Assembly: GCA_964635715.1 (NCBI GenBank)
Contig: CAZWNZ010000001.1
Coordinates: 344,274 to 408,273 of the forward strand
DNA from: an uncultured Gammaproteobacteria bacterium
GTDB lineage: Bacteria; Patescibacteriota; Microgenomatia; UBA8517
Length of the DNA: 64,000 nucleotides
Direction of reading: 5' to 3'
The translations under genes were made by a program, and so were the position numbers. Of this stretch, positions 1 through 8,497 are shown piece after piece. How positions within the stretch are numbered: position 1 is the first letter of the stretch; each line of letters opens with the position of its first letter. Below the pieces are notes generated by a model. That model saw nothing but the letters and a program-made list of their open reading frames with translations, was not told the origin of the DNA and ran no database searches.

Positions 1-451
1 TTGTAAAGGTGATTGTCAAATTTCCTGATTGAGAGGCAACTACATAGCCATTAGAATCCACGTTGGCCACTAATGGTGTGGAGATGTTAAAATTTTGGTC
101 GCTTACGGTGCTAGCTACTGTATAGGCGGTGTCTTCAATACAACCGTCGAGTGTGCCGTTAGTAAAACAAACACTATCTCCGGGAAAAAGATGATGAGTA
201 GTGTTATCCGAATTTCCTGAACTGTCTATCGTTACAGTTGATGTTCCGGCAATTCCCGAATTTGCACCGGCACGGTAGGAAAGTCGGGGGTTGGATAATG
301 TGGCAGAGGCATTTATGAGAGATGCAGCCTGGGTGTTGTCGGGGAATATGGATTTAACGGTAAAAATCGAGAGGGCCAGTGAAAAAGACAGACACAAAAA
401 AAACACACTAAACACTACCAAATATTTTTTGGTCGTCGATTCTTTTTTCAT
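1..451 (-). CDS. Secreted hypothetical protein (partial, C-terminus beyond window start)
   Basis: ATG at 451..449 on minus strand; open frame runs to position 1 without stop (~150 aa: MKKESTTKKYLVVFSVFFLCLSFSLALS...). Hydrophobic N-terminal signal-like segment and a Ser/Thr/Asn/Gly-rich body. The six-frame track omits it because there is no stop in the window. Confidence 0.5.
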   Translation of the reverse strand, partial: MKKESTTKKYLVVFSVFFLCLSFSLALSIFTVKSIFPDNTQAASLINASATLSNPRLSYRAGANSGIAGTSTVTIDSSGNSDNTTHHLFPGDSVCFTNGTLDGCIEDTAYTVASTVSDQNFNISTPLVANVDSNGYVVASQSGNLTITFT

Positions 452-511
452 TTGGTTTTTACCAAACACTCTAGGACGCTTCAACCATTATTGGATTTCG
501 AAAATATATTG

Positions 512-1507
512 TCAAGGGGATTCCTTTCCTTGTTTTGGGTTCTTTTTAATAATTTTGTAAGTAAAAATGATTAAAAAGACAGCTATGGCAATGGAAAACG
601 GAAAAGCCACTGTGGTAATTGTTTTTTCCTGGTAAGTATCCTGGTTGTCGGTTTTAATTTTTAGGGTTGATTTGTAGATTCCGAGTAGTACTTTGTGTGT
701 TGATTGACAGGAAATCACTTCCTCACCGTTAATACAGGAGATTTTTCTGATTGAATTTGAAATGACATTAAATGGGGCAATGTTAAGCGTTTCGGAGGAT
801 CCAATTATAGGTTTTATAGAAATTTGTCCTTCAGGGTTAAAGACGTAAAAACCGTAGTTGCCAATCCGAATGTTGAAATTTAACTCTCCTAAAGAATCAA
901 TTATCTTGGGGGCAGAAAACTCAACAATATTCAGATTTTTTTGCGGGTTGCCATCTTTGGACAAAGAAATCAACATGTTTGCCCCAATGCGGGCTTCATT
1001 GGTTGGACCAATGGGTGCGATTCCTCCGGGAATGTCGTTGCCAATTTCATATAGTAATGTAAAGTAGTAATCTTTTTCGGTAGCCGTTTCCGGCGGAGAA
1101 ATCTGAATATCTACGTTTTTTGTTTGTCCACTCCCTAAATAAAATTCCTGCCCAAAATTTTTAACAGGGGAAGAAATTTTAAACCATGAAGCATAAGGTG
1201 AAGTTTCCGCTACGATATTGTTTTCGTCTAGGATAATGTTTCCATCTTCACCCTGGGCCTTAAAGGGGATAATATAAATTTTTGCCATACCATCCTCTCC
1301 GTCGTTGCTGATAGTAAAAGTTTGAGTAACTTCTTTGCCCGGAATTATCATTATTTCAGTTATCGGGGGAGAGATGGAAAGACCTAGAGTTTGAGCAAGG
1401 CAGGATCTTGCCGGAATTCCAAATAAATACAAATAAGTACCAATAAATACCAATAATCCAATTGTCAAACATTTGGTAATTTGGAATTGGTATTTATTTG
1501 TGCACAT
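512..1507 (-). CDS. Secreted/surface hypothetical protein with N-terminal signal-like segment and C-terminal TM anchor
   Basis: 331-aa ORF. N-terminus is hydrophobic followed by AQ (LTIGLLVFIGTYLYLFGIPARSCLAQ). C-terminus AFPFSIAIAVFLIIFTYKIIKK is TM plus basic tail. The start is uncertain because the first ~25 codons overlap an AT-rich palindromic repeat element; an internal TTG start is possible. Confidence 0.55.
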   Translation of the reverse strand: MCTNKYQFQITKCLTIGLLVFIGTYLYLFGIPARSCLAQTLGLSISPPITEIMIIPGKEVTQTFTISNDGEDGMAKIYIIPFKAQGEDGNIILDENNIVAETSPYASWFKISSPVKNFGQEFYLGSGQTKNVDIQISPPETATEKDYYFTLLYEIGNDIPGGIAPIGPTNEARIGANMLISLSKDGNPQKNLNIVEFSAPKIIDSLGELNFNIRIGNYGFYVFNPEGQISIKPIIGSSETLNIAPFNVISNSIRKISCINGEEVISCQSTHKVLLGIYKSTLKIKTDNQDTYQEKTITTVAFPFSIAIAVFLIIFTYKIIKKNPKQGKESP

Positions 1508-1517
1508 TGGTATTTAT

Positions 1518-2285
1518 TTAAAAGCTTGGTATTGCCGTAAACAATATTACATTTTGATATTGTCCGGCTTCCTGAATTCCCGAAATATTAACTTTATATG
1601 TTATCGTGGCAGTACTCTCACGGGTAACATTAACATTACTCATCACCACTTGATCAACTTGACTTTGTGATGCATTAGCGAAATGTCGGAAATATGTTGC
1701 GTCAATAAAATCACTCGGTACATCGTCGCCTGATATGTTGTATCCGAACCCGTAGACATTGCTAAGCGACCAAATTCCGGCAGTTGATTCTGTACAGTCG
1801 GAACTGTCGCAGACAACGTCCGGAATAGTATCTCCTGCATTACTTTTTAAATAATCGAGTTCTCTGGCTGTTACTTTATATCCACCCGCGCCTCCAGCGG
1901 AAACAGTCATGGTACTCGTCAGAGTTTCAGGGGTATCGGGCAAAAGGGTACCAAAGTTAATTAAAAAATTACTCATGGAAAATGTAAAGGGAATGATTGA
2001 GTGGATGTATTGGAAACCTGAACGGACAAGATAACCTGTTGATGTGTACAAACCCGCTCCTGTTTGTCCTATGGTGGTATCAAGTTTGTATCCACTGGAG
2101 GAGGGGATGCCAGCTCCACTATTAAAATTTGGCATTTGGATTATATAATTCGGCGATATAATTTTCGATTGAGCGTGAACTGGGGAATAACCAAATAGGC
2201 AAATAGGCAAATAGGCAAATAGAAACAGTAAAACTGATAGGCAAATTAATGTCTTAATTACAGAACGATAAGATATTTTCTCCAT
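1518..2285 (-). CDS. Secreted hypothetical protein
   Basis: 255-aa ORF with an N-terminal hydrophobic signal-like region ending in VHAQ; Gly/Ser/Thr-rich. The signal-coding region contains an 8-nt tandem repeat. Confidence 0.55.
   Translation of the reverse strand: MEKISYRSVIKTLICLSVLLFLFAYLPICLFGYSPVHAQSKIISPNYIIQMPNFNSGAGIPSSSGYKLDTTIGQTGAGLYTSTGYLVRSGFQYIHSIIPFTFSMSNFLINFGTLLPDTPETLTSTMTVSAGGAGGYKVTARELDYLKSNAGDTIPDVVCDSSDCTESTAGIWSLSNVYGFGYNISGDDVPSDFIDATYFRHFANASQSQVDQVVMSNVNVTRESTATITYKVNISGIQEAGQYQNVILFTAIPSF
2193..2222. repeat. Tandem 8-nt repeat (AAATAGGC x3 plus partial) inside 5' coding region of secreted-protein gene
   Basis: Read directly: cc|aaataggc|aaataggc|aaataggc|aaatag. 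The unit length is not a multiple of 3. Confidence 0.8.
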
Positions 2286-2330
2286 TTGAAATTTATTTGC
2301 AAAATTTGCAGATTTGTAGATTTGTTTATT

Positions 2331-3056
2331 TTAATGACCCACTTCCTTTTTCATTTTCATTCCGCTTAAAAATAATTCATAGATTTGCTCGTAAAGATTT
2401 TTGATTTCGTTCTTTCTACTCTTTTCCAGATTGGAATCCTGTAGAAGCTCGGCAAGATATTTTTGCATTTTGACCAGTTTCTCTCTGAAATCTCCCTCTG
2501 TCCAGTTTCTAACTTCTTCTTCCTGAAATTTTATTTCTTCGACAAAATCCTGGCTGATATTTTTCAGGACGCTTATTTTTTGTTCATTTTTAAGTATTTC
2601 GAGATATTGACGTCCGAACATAACGGAAATAGGAGCTATTGCCAGAAGCGAGGCTATTTGTAGGATTTCAATCCAAAAATCAACCTTGGGAGTAAGTAAA
2701 AACAATATTCCAAAAACAAGTGCCGCAACGATCGATGTTGTCGGACCCGAAAGTAAGGATATACCAAAAAGTAAGAAATATGTCAGAAAAAACACTGGAG
2801 AGCTAAAACCTCCTGTTGAGAACAATAGAAAAGATACGGCGAAAGAAAAAATAGATATATCAATCAGGATTCTAAAAGACGAATTAAGAATCTTCTTGCG
2901 AAATAAAAACGAAGCTGCTATATAGATGGCAACCAAAATGCCGGAGATTTGCAGAGAATACTCTGCGATAGAAGTATTTGCGATAAAATAGGCAAGACCA
3001 AGCGCAACGGCTATTAGCACACTATGGATAAGAGCCTTTTTTGATGAATTGGGCAT
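2331..3056 (-). CDS. Integral membrane protein (multi-TM) with C-terminal coiled-coil region, unknown function
   Basis: 241 aa; about 5 hydrophobic helices in the first 150 aa, then a charged EEIKFQEEEVRNWTE...LEKSRKNEIKNLYEQIYELF tail. Confidence 0.5.
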   Translation of the reverse strand: MPNSSKKALIHSVLIAVALGLAYFIANTSIAEYSLQISGILVAIYIAASFLFRKKILNSSFRILIDISIFSFAVSFLLFSTGGFSSPVFFLTYFLLFGISLLSGPTTSIVAALVFGILFLLTPKVDFWIEILQIASLLAIAPISVMFGRQYLEILKNEQKISVLKNISQDFVEEIKFQEEEVRNWTEGDFREKLVKMQKYLAELLQDSNLEKSRKNEIKNLYEQIYELFLSGMKMKKEVGH

Positions 3057-3116
3057 ATAAGCGTTAGTAAAATATTACGTCAAAGTGATAGAATTGACAA
3101 ATGGATTAAGTAAATT

Positions 3117-5447
3117 ATGAATAAATACGACCATACAAAAATTGAAAAAAAGTGGCAGGAAAAGTGGGAAGCAAGTCAGATCTATTTTCCTGACCTGAAA
3201 AATTCTTCAAAAGAGAAATTCTACAATTTGTGGATGTTTCCTTATCCTTCAGCAGAAGGACTCCATGCCGGACACGCTTTTGCGTCGACAGGAAGTGATG
3301 TGTACGGACGCTTTATGAGAATGAATGGAAAAGATGTTTTTCAACCAATAGGTTATGACTCTTTTGGAATCCACTCCGAAAACTATGCAATTAAAATAGG
3401 GGAGGATCCTCACGAGGTTGTAAAAAGAACAACAAAGCATTATGAAGAGCAAATGAGGGCTTTGGGTCATGGATATGACTGGACTCATACAGTGACCACT
3501 TCTGATGTAGATTATTATAGATGGACACAGTGGTTGTTCCTAAAAATGTGGGAAAAAGGACTTGCTTACAAAAAGAAAGCCGAAGTAAATTTTTGTCCAA
3601 GTTGTAAAACAGTTTTGGCTGATGAACAGGTGGTGACTCCAACCCAGGCCGGTAAAGAACCTAAAAATGCAAAAGGTGAGACTATCGCCGAGGAACCGGA
3701 GATGAAAGTCTGCGAACGATGTGGCACCCTAATTGAAAAAAAGGATTTGGAACAATGGTTTTTCAAGATTACCGAGTACGCAGATAGACTTTTGGAGGGC
3801 TTGGAGAAAATTGACTGGAGTCCGCGCGTTAAACTAGCCCAGAAAAACTGGATAGGCAAGAGCACGGGTATGCTTATCAAATTTAAAGTTGATGGGGAAG
3901 ATCGGGAAATTGAGGTTTTTACAACCAGACCGGACACTCTGAATGCTGTTACTTTCATAGCGCTTGCAGATGAGAAGCTCTACAACATGGAATCCTCAGA
4001 GAAACTTGGTGAAGATACCGGTAAATTTGCTATTGATCCATTAACCGGCAAAAAAATTCCTATTTGGAAAACAAACTATGTGGCTCCGGGGTATGGAACG
4101 GGGGCAATTATGGGAGTACCTGCACACGATGAACGTGATATGGATTTTGCTAAAAAATATCATATTGATATAGTTGAGAAAGATCCTGATGACGGGCTCT
4201 GGCAAAAAATTGAAAAAGAAGGTTGGGGAAAGTCCCACACAAATTATCATCTTAGAGATTGGTTAGTAAGCAGACAGAGGTACTGGGGAGCTCCAATTCC
4301 CATGATTGATTGCCCAAAGTGTGGTTGGGTGCCCGTACCCGAAGAAGATTTACCTTTAACACTCCCGCAAATTTCCGATTTCCAGCCTGAAGGTACAGGC
4401 AGAGGCCCGTTAGCTGGTCATGAGGAGTTTTGGAAAGTGAAGTGCCCAAAATGCGGAGGAGAAGCACGCCGCGAAACGGACGTGATGGATACTTTCGTTG
4501 ATTCCAGTTGGTATTTCTTGGCATACCCGAATGTTGGCACAAAAGAGTGGACTAGCCCTTCGACGGGCTCAGGGCAGGTATTTTTTGATAGGAAGATAAT
4601 GGATACCTGGCTGCCCGTGGATCTCTACTTTGGCGGAGCGGAGCATTCTGTACTACACCTTATGTACTCCAGATTTATAACGAAAGTATTATATGATCTT
4701 GGACTCTTGGCTTCTGATGAGCCTTTTCCTAAGTTTTTTGCTCACGGTCTCATGATTAAAGATGGAGCTAAGATGAGTAAATCCCGGGGAAATGTGGTCA
4801 ACCCGGATGAATATGTGGCCAAATTCGGAGCTGACACTTTAAGACTCTATGTGATGTTTCTAGGGCCGATGGATGCCTACCCGGACTTCAGAGATGCGGG
4901 GATTGAGGGTATGCAAAAATTTATAAATAGACTTTGGAAAATATTTAACAATCCCACGGTTGCAGTGAGCGACACGGCTATAAAGTCAAAGCTTCATCAG
5001 ACTATAAAGAAGGTTACCGATGATATGGCTAGCTTCAAATACAATACCGCCATTGCCTCAATTATGGAACTGACCAATGCTATTGAAAAAGGTAGCGCTA
5101 AGACCTCCAAAGACGTCTTAGAGGCCCTTTGTCTTTTAATAGCACCGTTTGCACCACATCTGGCAGAAGAAGTCTGGGTGGAAACACTTGGTAACAAATT
5201 CAGCGTTCATAAAGCCGATTGGCCTCACTATGATAATAGTAAGATAGGGAATGATATAGTAAATTTTGTTGTTCAAATCAACGGAAAAGTGAGATCTATA
5301 ATTGTAATGGATGTTGAAACTGCACAAAACGAAGAAAAAATTAGGACTTTAACAGAGAAAGATGAAAATGTTAAAAAATGGTTGAAGAATCAAAAAATTA
5401 AAAAGGCAATTTTTATTCCCGGAAAACTTATTAATTTTGTTGTCTGA
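3117..5447 (+). CDS. leuS: Leucyl-tRNA synthetase
   Basis: 776 aa. HAGH (HIGH-class) motif near the N-terminus (PYPSAEGLHAGHAFA). KMSKS motif (GAKMSKSRGNVV). Zinc-knuckle CPSC/CERCG insertions typical of bacterial LeuRS. Confidence 0.95.
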   Translation: MNKYDHTKIEKKWQEKWEASQIYFPDLKNSSKEKFYNLWMFPYPSAEGLHAGHAFASTGSDVYGRFMRMNGKDVFQPIGYDSFGIHSENYAIKIGEDPHEVVKRTTKHYEEQMRALGHGYDWTHTVTTSDVDYYRWTQWLFLKMWEKGLAYKKKAEVNFCPSCKTVLADEQVVTPTQAGKEPKNAKGETIAEEPEMKVCERCGTLIEKKDLEQWFFKITEYADRLLEGLEKIDWSPRVKLAQKNWIGKSTGMLIKFKVDGEDREIEVFTTRPDTLNAVTFIALADEKLYNMESSEKLGEDTGKFAIDPLTGKKIPIWKTNYVAPGYGTGAIMGVPAHDERDMDFAKKYHIDIVEKDPDDGLWQKIEKEGWGKSHTNYHLRDWLVSRQRYWGAPIPMIDCPKCGWVPVPEEDLPLTLPQISDFQPEGTGRGPLAGHEEFWKVKCPKCGGEARRETDVMDTFVDSSWYFLAYPNVGTKEWTSPSTGSGQVFFDRKIMDTWLPVDLYFGGAEHSVLHLMYSRFITKVLYDLGLLASDEPFPKFFAHGLMIKDGAKMSKSRGNVVNPDEYVAKFGADTLRLYVMFLGPMDAYPDFRDAGIEGMQKFINRLWKIFNNPTVAVSDTAIKSKLHQTIKKVTDDMASFKYNTAIASIMELTNAIEKGSAKTSKDVLEALCLLIAPFAPHLAEEVWVETLGNKFSVHKADWPHYDNSKIGNDIVNFVVQINGKVRSIIVMDVETAQNEEKIRTLTEKDENVKKWLKNQKIKKAIFIPGKLINFVV

Positions 5448-5461
5448 ACATTTTTTGAAAA

Positions 5462-6100
5462 ATGGAAGACCTGCCCCGAAATTTTAATTTTGATGAATGG
5501 CTCCAAAAAAATCGTTATCATCTTTTGATAATTTTGGTCGGACTTATTTTAGTTGCCGGCGGTTTTTTATATTTTAAAAAGTCATTAAATTTATCATCGA
5601 CAAAAGTAGAAATTTTGCAAAGTTTCGGCGAGGAAAATAATATCGAGATAACCGCAGAAATTACCGGAGCGATAATTAACCCGGGGGTTTATAAATTAAC
5701 CAGCGATAGTCGGGTAGAGGATTTATTGATTGCGGGAGGTGGTTTTTCTGCAATTGCCGATAGGTCTTGGACGGATAAATATTTAAACAGGGCGGCGAAA
5801 TTGACTGACGGACAAAAAGTTTACATACCGTCGGTTGATGAGCACTCGGAAACATCGAGTGCTAAAAATAGTGGAGTATATCAAAGTGAATCATCTACAT
5901 TTTCATCCGATAGTAACACCTCAATAAATATTAACACTGCAGGCCTTTCAGAACTGGATTCATTGGCTGGAATTGGCCCTGTTTACGCCCAAAAGATCAT
6001 TGATCACCGTCCGTACTCAAAAACAGAAGAGTTGGTTACAAGTGGGGCAATCACCCAAACATTATACGAAAAGATTAAAAATAGTGTAACAGTATATTAA
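5462..6100 (+). CDS. comEA: Competence protein ComEA (SLBB domain + helix-hairpin-helix DNA-binding)
   Basis: N-terminal TM helix, SLBB-like segment (ITGAIINPGVYKLTSDSRVEDLL) and a C-terminal HhH pair (NINTAGLSELDSLAGIGPVYAQKIIDHRP). Confidence 0.85.
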   Translation: MEDLPRNFNFDEWLQKNRYHLLIILVGLILVAGGFLYFKKSLNLSSTKVEILQSFGEENNIEITAEITGAIINPGVYKLTSDSRVEDLLIAGGGFSAIADRSWTDKYLNRAAKLTDGQKVYIPSVDEHSETSSAKNSGVYQSESSTFSSDSNTSININTAGLSELDSLAGIGPVYAQKIIDHRPYSKTEELVTSGAITQTLYEKIKNSVTVY

Positions 6101-6202
6101 TTACCAATTTCTAATTTCTAATGACGAATAAATGTCTATTTTAAAATTGATAAATTCAAAATTTGGATTTGATTAGTAATTTGACATTAGTAATTAGTCA
6201 TT

Positions 6203-7261
6203 ATGAAACACGTTATTTGGGTACTCCTTGTTTTACTAATTGTTTTTCGTTACTTTTCATCAAAACCGGTTTACAAAAATGGAGATGCTATTCGTCTGAC
6301 GGCAACAGTTTTTTCCGACCCTGTCAACTACGGTGATTATCAATCATTTTCCGCGGCGGGAATTAAGATTTATTTACCGGCTTATCCGGAAGTTTATTAT
6401 GGTGATAAGGTTGTTATTGAGGGAATAGTTGATGGTGGGGAAATTAATAATGGAAAATTAATTTCTGTAAATTCTTTAGCCGGTTTTGGGTCGGGTTTCA
6501 GGAAAAAATTAATCGATTTTTATCTAAATTCTTTGCCGCAACCAATGTCCGGTCTTGTGGCAGGTGTAATTTTGGGAAGCAAAGGGACGCTAACTCCGGA
6601 GTTTTGGAAAAGTGTTAAAAATACCGGAGTTGCTCATGTGGTAGTTGCATCCGGAACAAATGTAACTTTTGTTGCATTTTTTATTTTTGCCGTTGCCTCA
6701 CTTTATTTTTCGAGAAAAAAATCGATACCAATTGTTATATTAAGTATTATTATGTACCTGTTTTTTTCAGGGTTTCAGGCGCCTTTAATCAGGGCCGCTG
6801 TAATGGCAGTATTTACTTTTTGGGCTCAAGAATCCGGCAGACTGGTTAACGCCTGGAGAGTACTTTTTCTCACTGCGGCCCTAATGCTTGTTGTAGAACC
6901 CTTATGGATAACAGATATTGGTTTTATTCTGTCGTTTGTTTCTACGGCTTCGATAATGGTTTTTGCCAAAAAAATAAACAATTTTTTCAAATTTGTCCCA
7001 AATTTGCTAAAAGAATCATTTTCTACTTCTTTGGCGGCTCAAATTGGTGTGGCGCCTATTCTTTTTGTTACTTTTGGACAGTTTAATATCCTTTCACCCT
7101 TGATTAATGCTTTGGTTCTCTGGACAATTCCCTATATTATGATTTTGGGTAGCCTTGGGGGGATGATTGGGTTAGTACTTCCGGAATTGGGTAAGGCAGT
7201 ACTATATATAAGTTATCCTTTGGAGTGGTGGTTTGCCGCCGTTGTGAAATTTTTCAATTAA
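6203..7261 (+). CDS. comEC: ComEC/Rec2 membrane channel portion (DUF4131 + competence domain)
   Basis: 352 aa, polytopic membrane protein, immediately downstream of comEA; architecture matches the N-terminal two-thirds of ComEC. Confidence 0.75.
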   Translation: MKHVIWVLLVLLIVFRYFSSKPVYKNGDAIRLTATVFSDPVNYGDYQSFSAAGIKIYLPAYPEVYYGDKVVIEGIVDGGEINNGKLISVNSLAGFGSGFRKKLIDFYLNSLPQPMSGLVAGVILGSKGTLTPEFWKSVKNTGVAHVVVASGTNVTFVAFFIFAVASLYFSRKKSIPIVILSIIMYLFFSGFQAPLIRAAVMAVFTFWAQESGRLVNAWRVLFLTAALMLVVEPLWITDIGFILSFVSTASIMVFAKKINNFFKFVPNLLKESFSTSLAAQIGVAPILFVTFGQFNILSPLINALVLWTIPYIMILGSLGGMIGLVLPELGKAVLYISYPLEWWFAAVVKFFN

Positions 7262-7281
7262 CAATTTACAATAAATTTTGT

Positions 7282-8169
7282 ATGCAACTTCGAACATGGA
7301 GACAAATATATCTTCTTTTATTATTAATCTTTATATGTGTATTGCTGGCGATTTTTCAATTTCCTGATCAGAATTTGCACATAGTGGCTTGTGATGTGGG
7401 CCAAGGGGATGCCATTCTTATCACCTATGGTACAACTCAGATTTTAACTGATGGCGGACCGGATAATTCAGTTTTGACTTGTCTGGGGCATTACATGCCG
7501 TTTTGGGATCACGAAATTGAGCTGGTTATCTCAACACATCCGGATGCAGATCACGCAACAGGGCTTATTGATGTGCTGCAGGCATATGAAGTTGATAAGG
7601 TTCTGATAAATCCGATTGATTCTGGCACTCCTGTCTATCAAGCGCTAGTTTCAGAGGTGGGGGGTAGGGGTGTGAGTGTCATTAATCCCACTTCAGGCAT
7701 GGAACTAGGCTTAGGTTTGATATATTTAGACATACTCAGCCCGACACAAGAAATGTATACTTTTTTACCTGTTGAGATTGAGGGAAGTAATCTTGCAAAA
7801 TACAAAGTTTCGGAGGAAACCAATCTCTATTCAATAGTCTACAAACTTAGCTTCAAAAACTTCTCGGGGTTGTTCCCGGGAGATATACAGTCCGAAACAT
7901 CAGATAAGCTGGCAGCCGAATCAGTACTGAGAGATGTTGAATATATCAAAATACCTCATCATGGAAGTGTGAATGGTTTGACCGAGAATCTCCTCAAAAC
8001 GCTTGTGCCCAAAATTGCGTTTATTAGTGTGGGGGAAAATTCCTGGGGTCACCCTAGAATGGAGATTCTAGAGATGCTGATAAAATATAACGTCAAGACA
8101 TTGAGAACCGATCAAATGGGGGATGTGGAATTGGTTACAGATGGAGAAAAGTATTGGATTTCCAGGTAA
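7282..8169 (+). CDS. comEC: ComEC C-terminal metallo-beta-lactamase domain protein (separate ORF)
   Basis: MBL-fold motif HPDADHATGL, CDVGQGDAILI, and a terminal HHGS segment. Likely start is the internal Met MQLRTW at 7282 (track ORF begins 7225 in a different frame from the upstream ORF). One TM helix then the MBL domain. Confidence 0.75.
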   Translation: MQLRTWRQIYLLLLLIFICVLLAIFQFPDQNLHIVACDVGQGDAILITYGTTQILTDGGPDNSVLTCLGHYMPFWDHEIELVISTHPDADHATGLIDVLQAYEVDKVLINPIDSGTPVYQALVSEVGGRGVSVINPTSGMELGLGLIYLDILSPTQEMYTFLPVEIEGSNLAKYKVSEETNLYSIVYKLSFKNFSGLFPGDIQSETSDKLAAESVLRDVEYIKIPHHGSVNGLTENLLKTLVPKIAFISVGENSWGHPRMEILEMLIKYNVKTLRTDQMGDVELVTDGEKYWISR

Positions 8170-8170
8170 T

Positions 8171-8431
8171 TTATTTAGGAGATATCGGAATCACAACCAT
8201 AAGTTCTGTTTGTATTGGTCTAGCTAGCTTATGTTGTTTTGTCTCACTTTTGTAAATATCACTCCAGCCTCCGTTTTTTCCTAAAAAAATTTCATGCACA
8301 ATTTCTAGCTTTTTATTTATCCGAATAACAGTTTTTCCAACCGGGCCGGGTAAAGTTCCTTCCCTGACCCTGTCATCAATCTGTTGTGTGGCCTCGTCCC
8401 TTAATTGTTCGGCTTTTTCTCTCTCATTCAT
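8171..8431 (-). CDS. Hypothetical small protein
   Basis: 86-aa ORF filling the gap between comEC and argS; no recognisable motif. Confidence 0.3.
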   Translation of the reverse strand: MNEREKAEQLRDEATQQIDDRVREGTLPGPVGKTVIRINKKLEIVHEIFLGKNGGWSDIYKSETKQHKLARPIQTELMVVIPISPK

Positions 8432-8497
8432 AACAATCGATTCTAATCTTTGGTTATTTATTTAACAAGTGGTAGGAAATGCTGTTACAATAAGTTT

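Noticed and set aside
291-560. Plus-strand 89-aa ORF from the six-frame track
   Set aside because: It lies antisense to the better-supported minus-strand secreted-protein gene (1..451) and overlaps the end of ORF 512..1507. Composition is odd and there is no motif. It is likely a spurious ORF in AT-rich DNA.
3249-5327. Minus-strand small ORFs inside leuS
   Set aside because: They are embedded antisense in a well-supported aminoacyl-tRNA synthetase gene.
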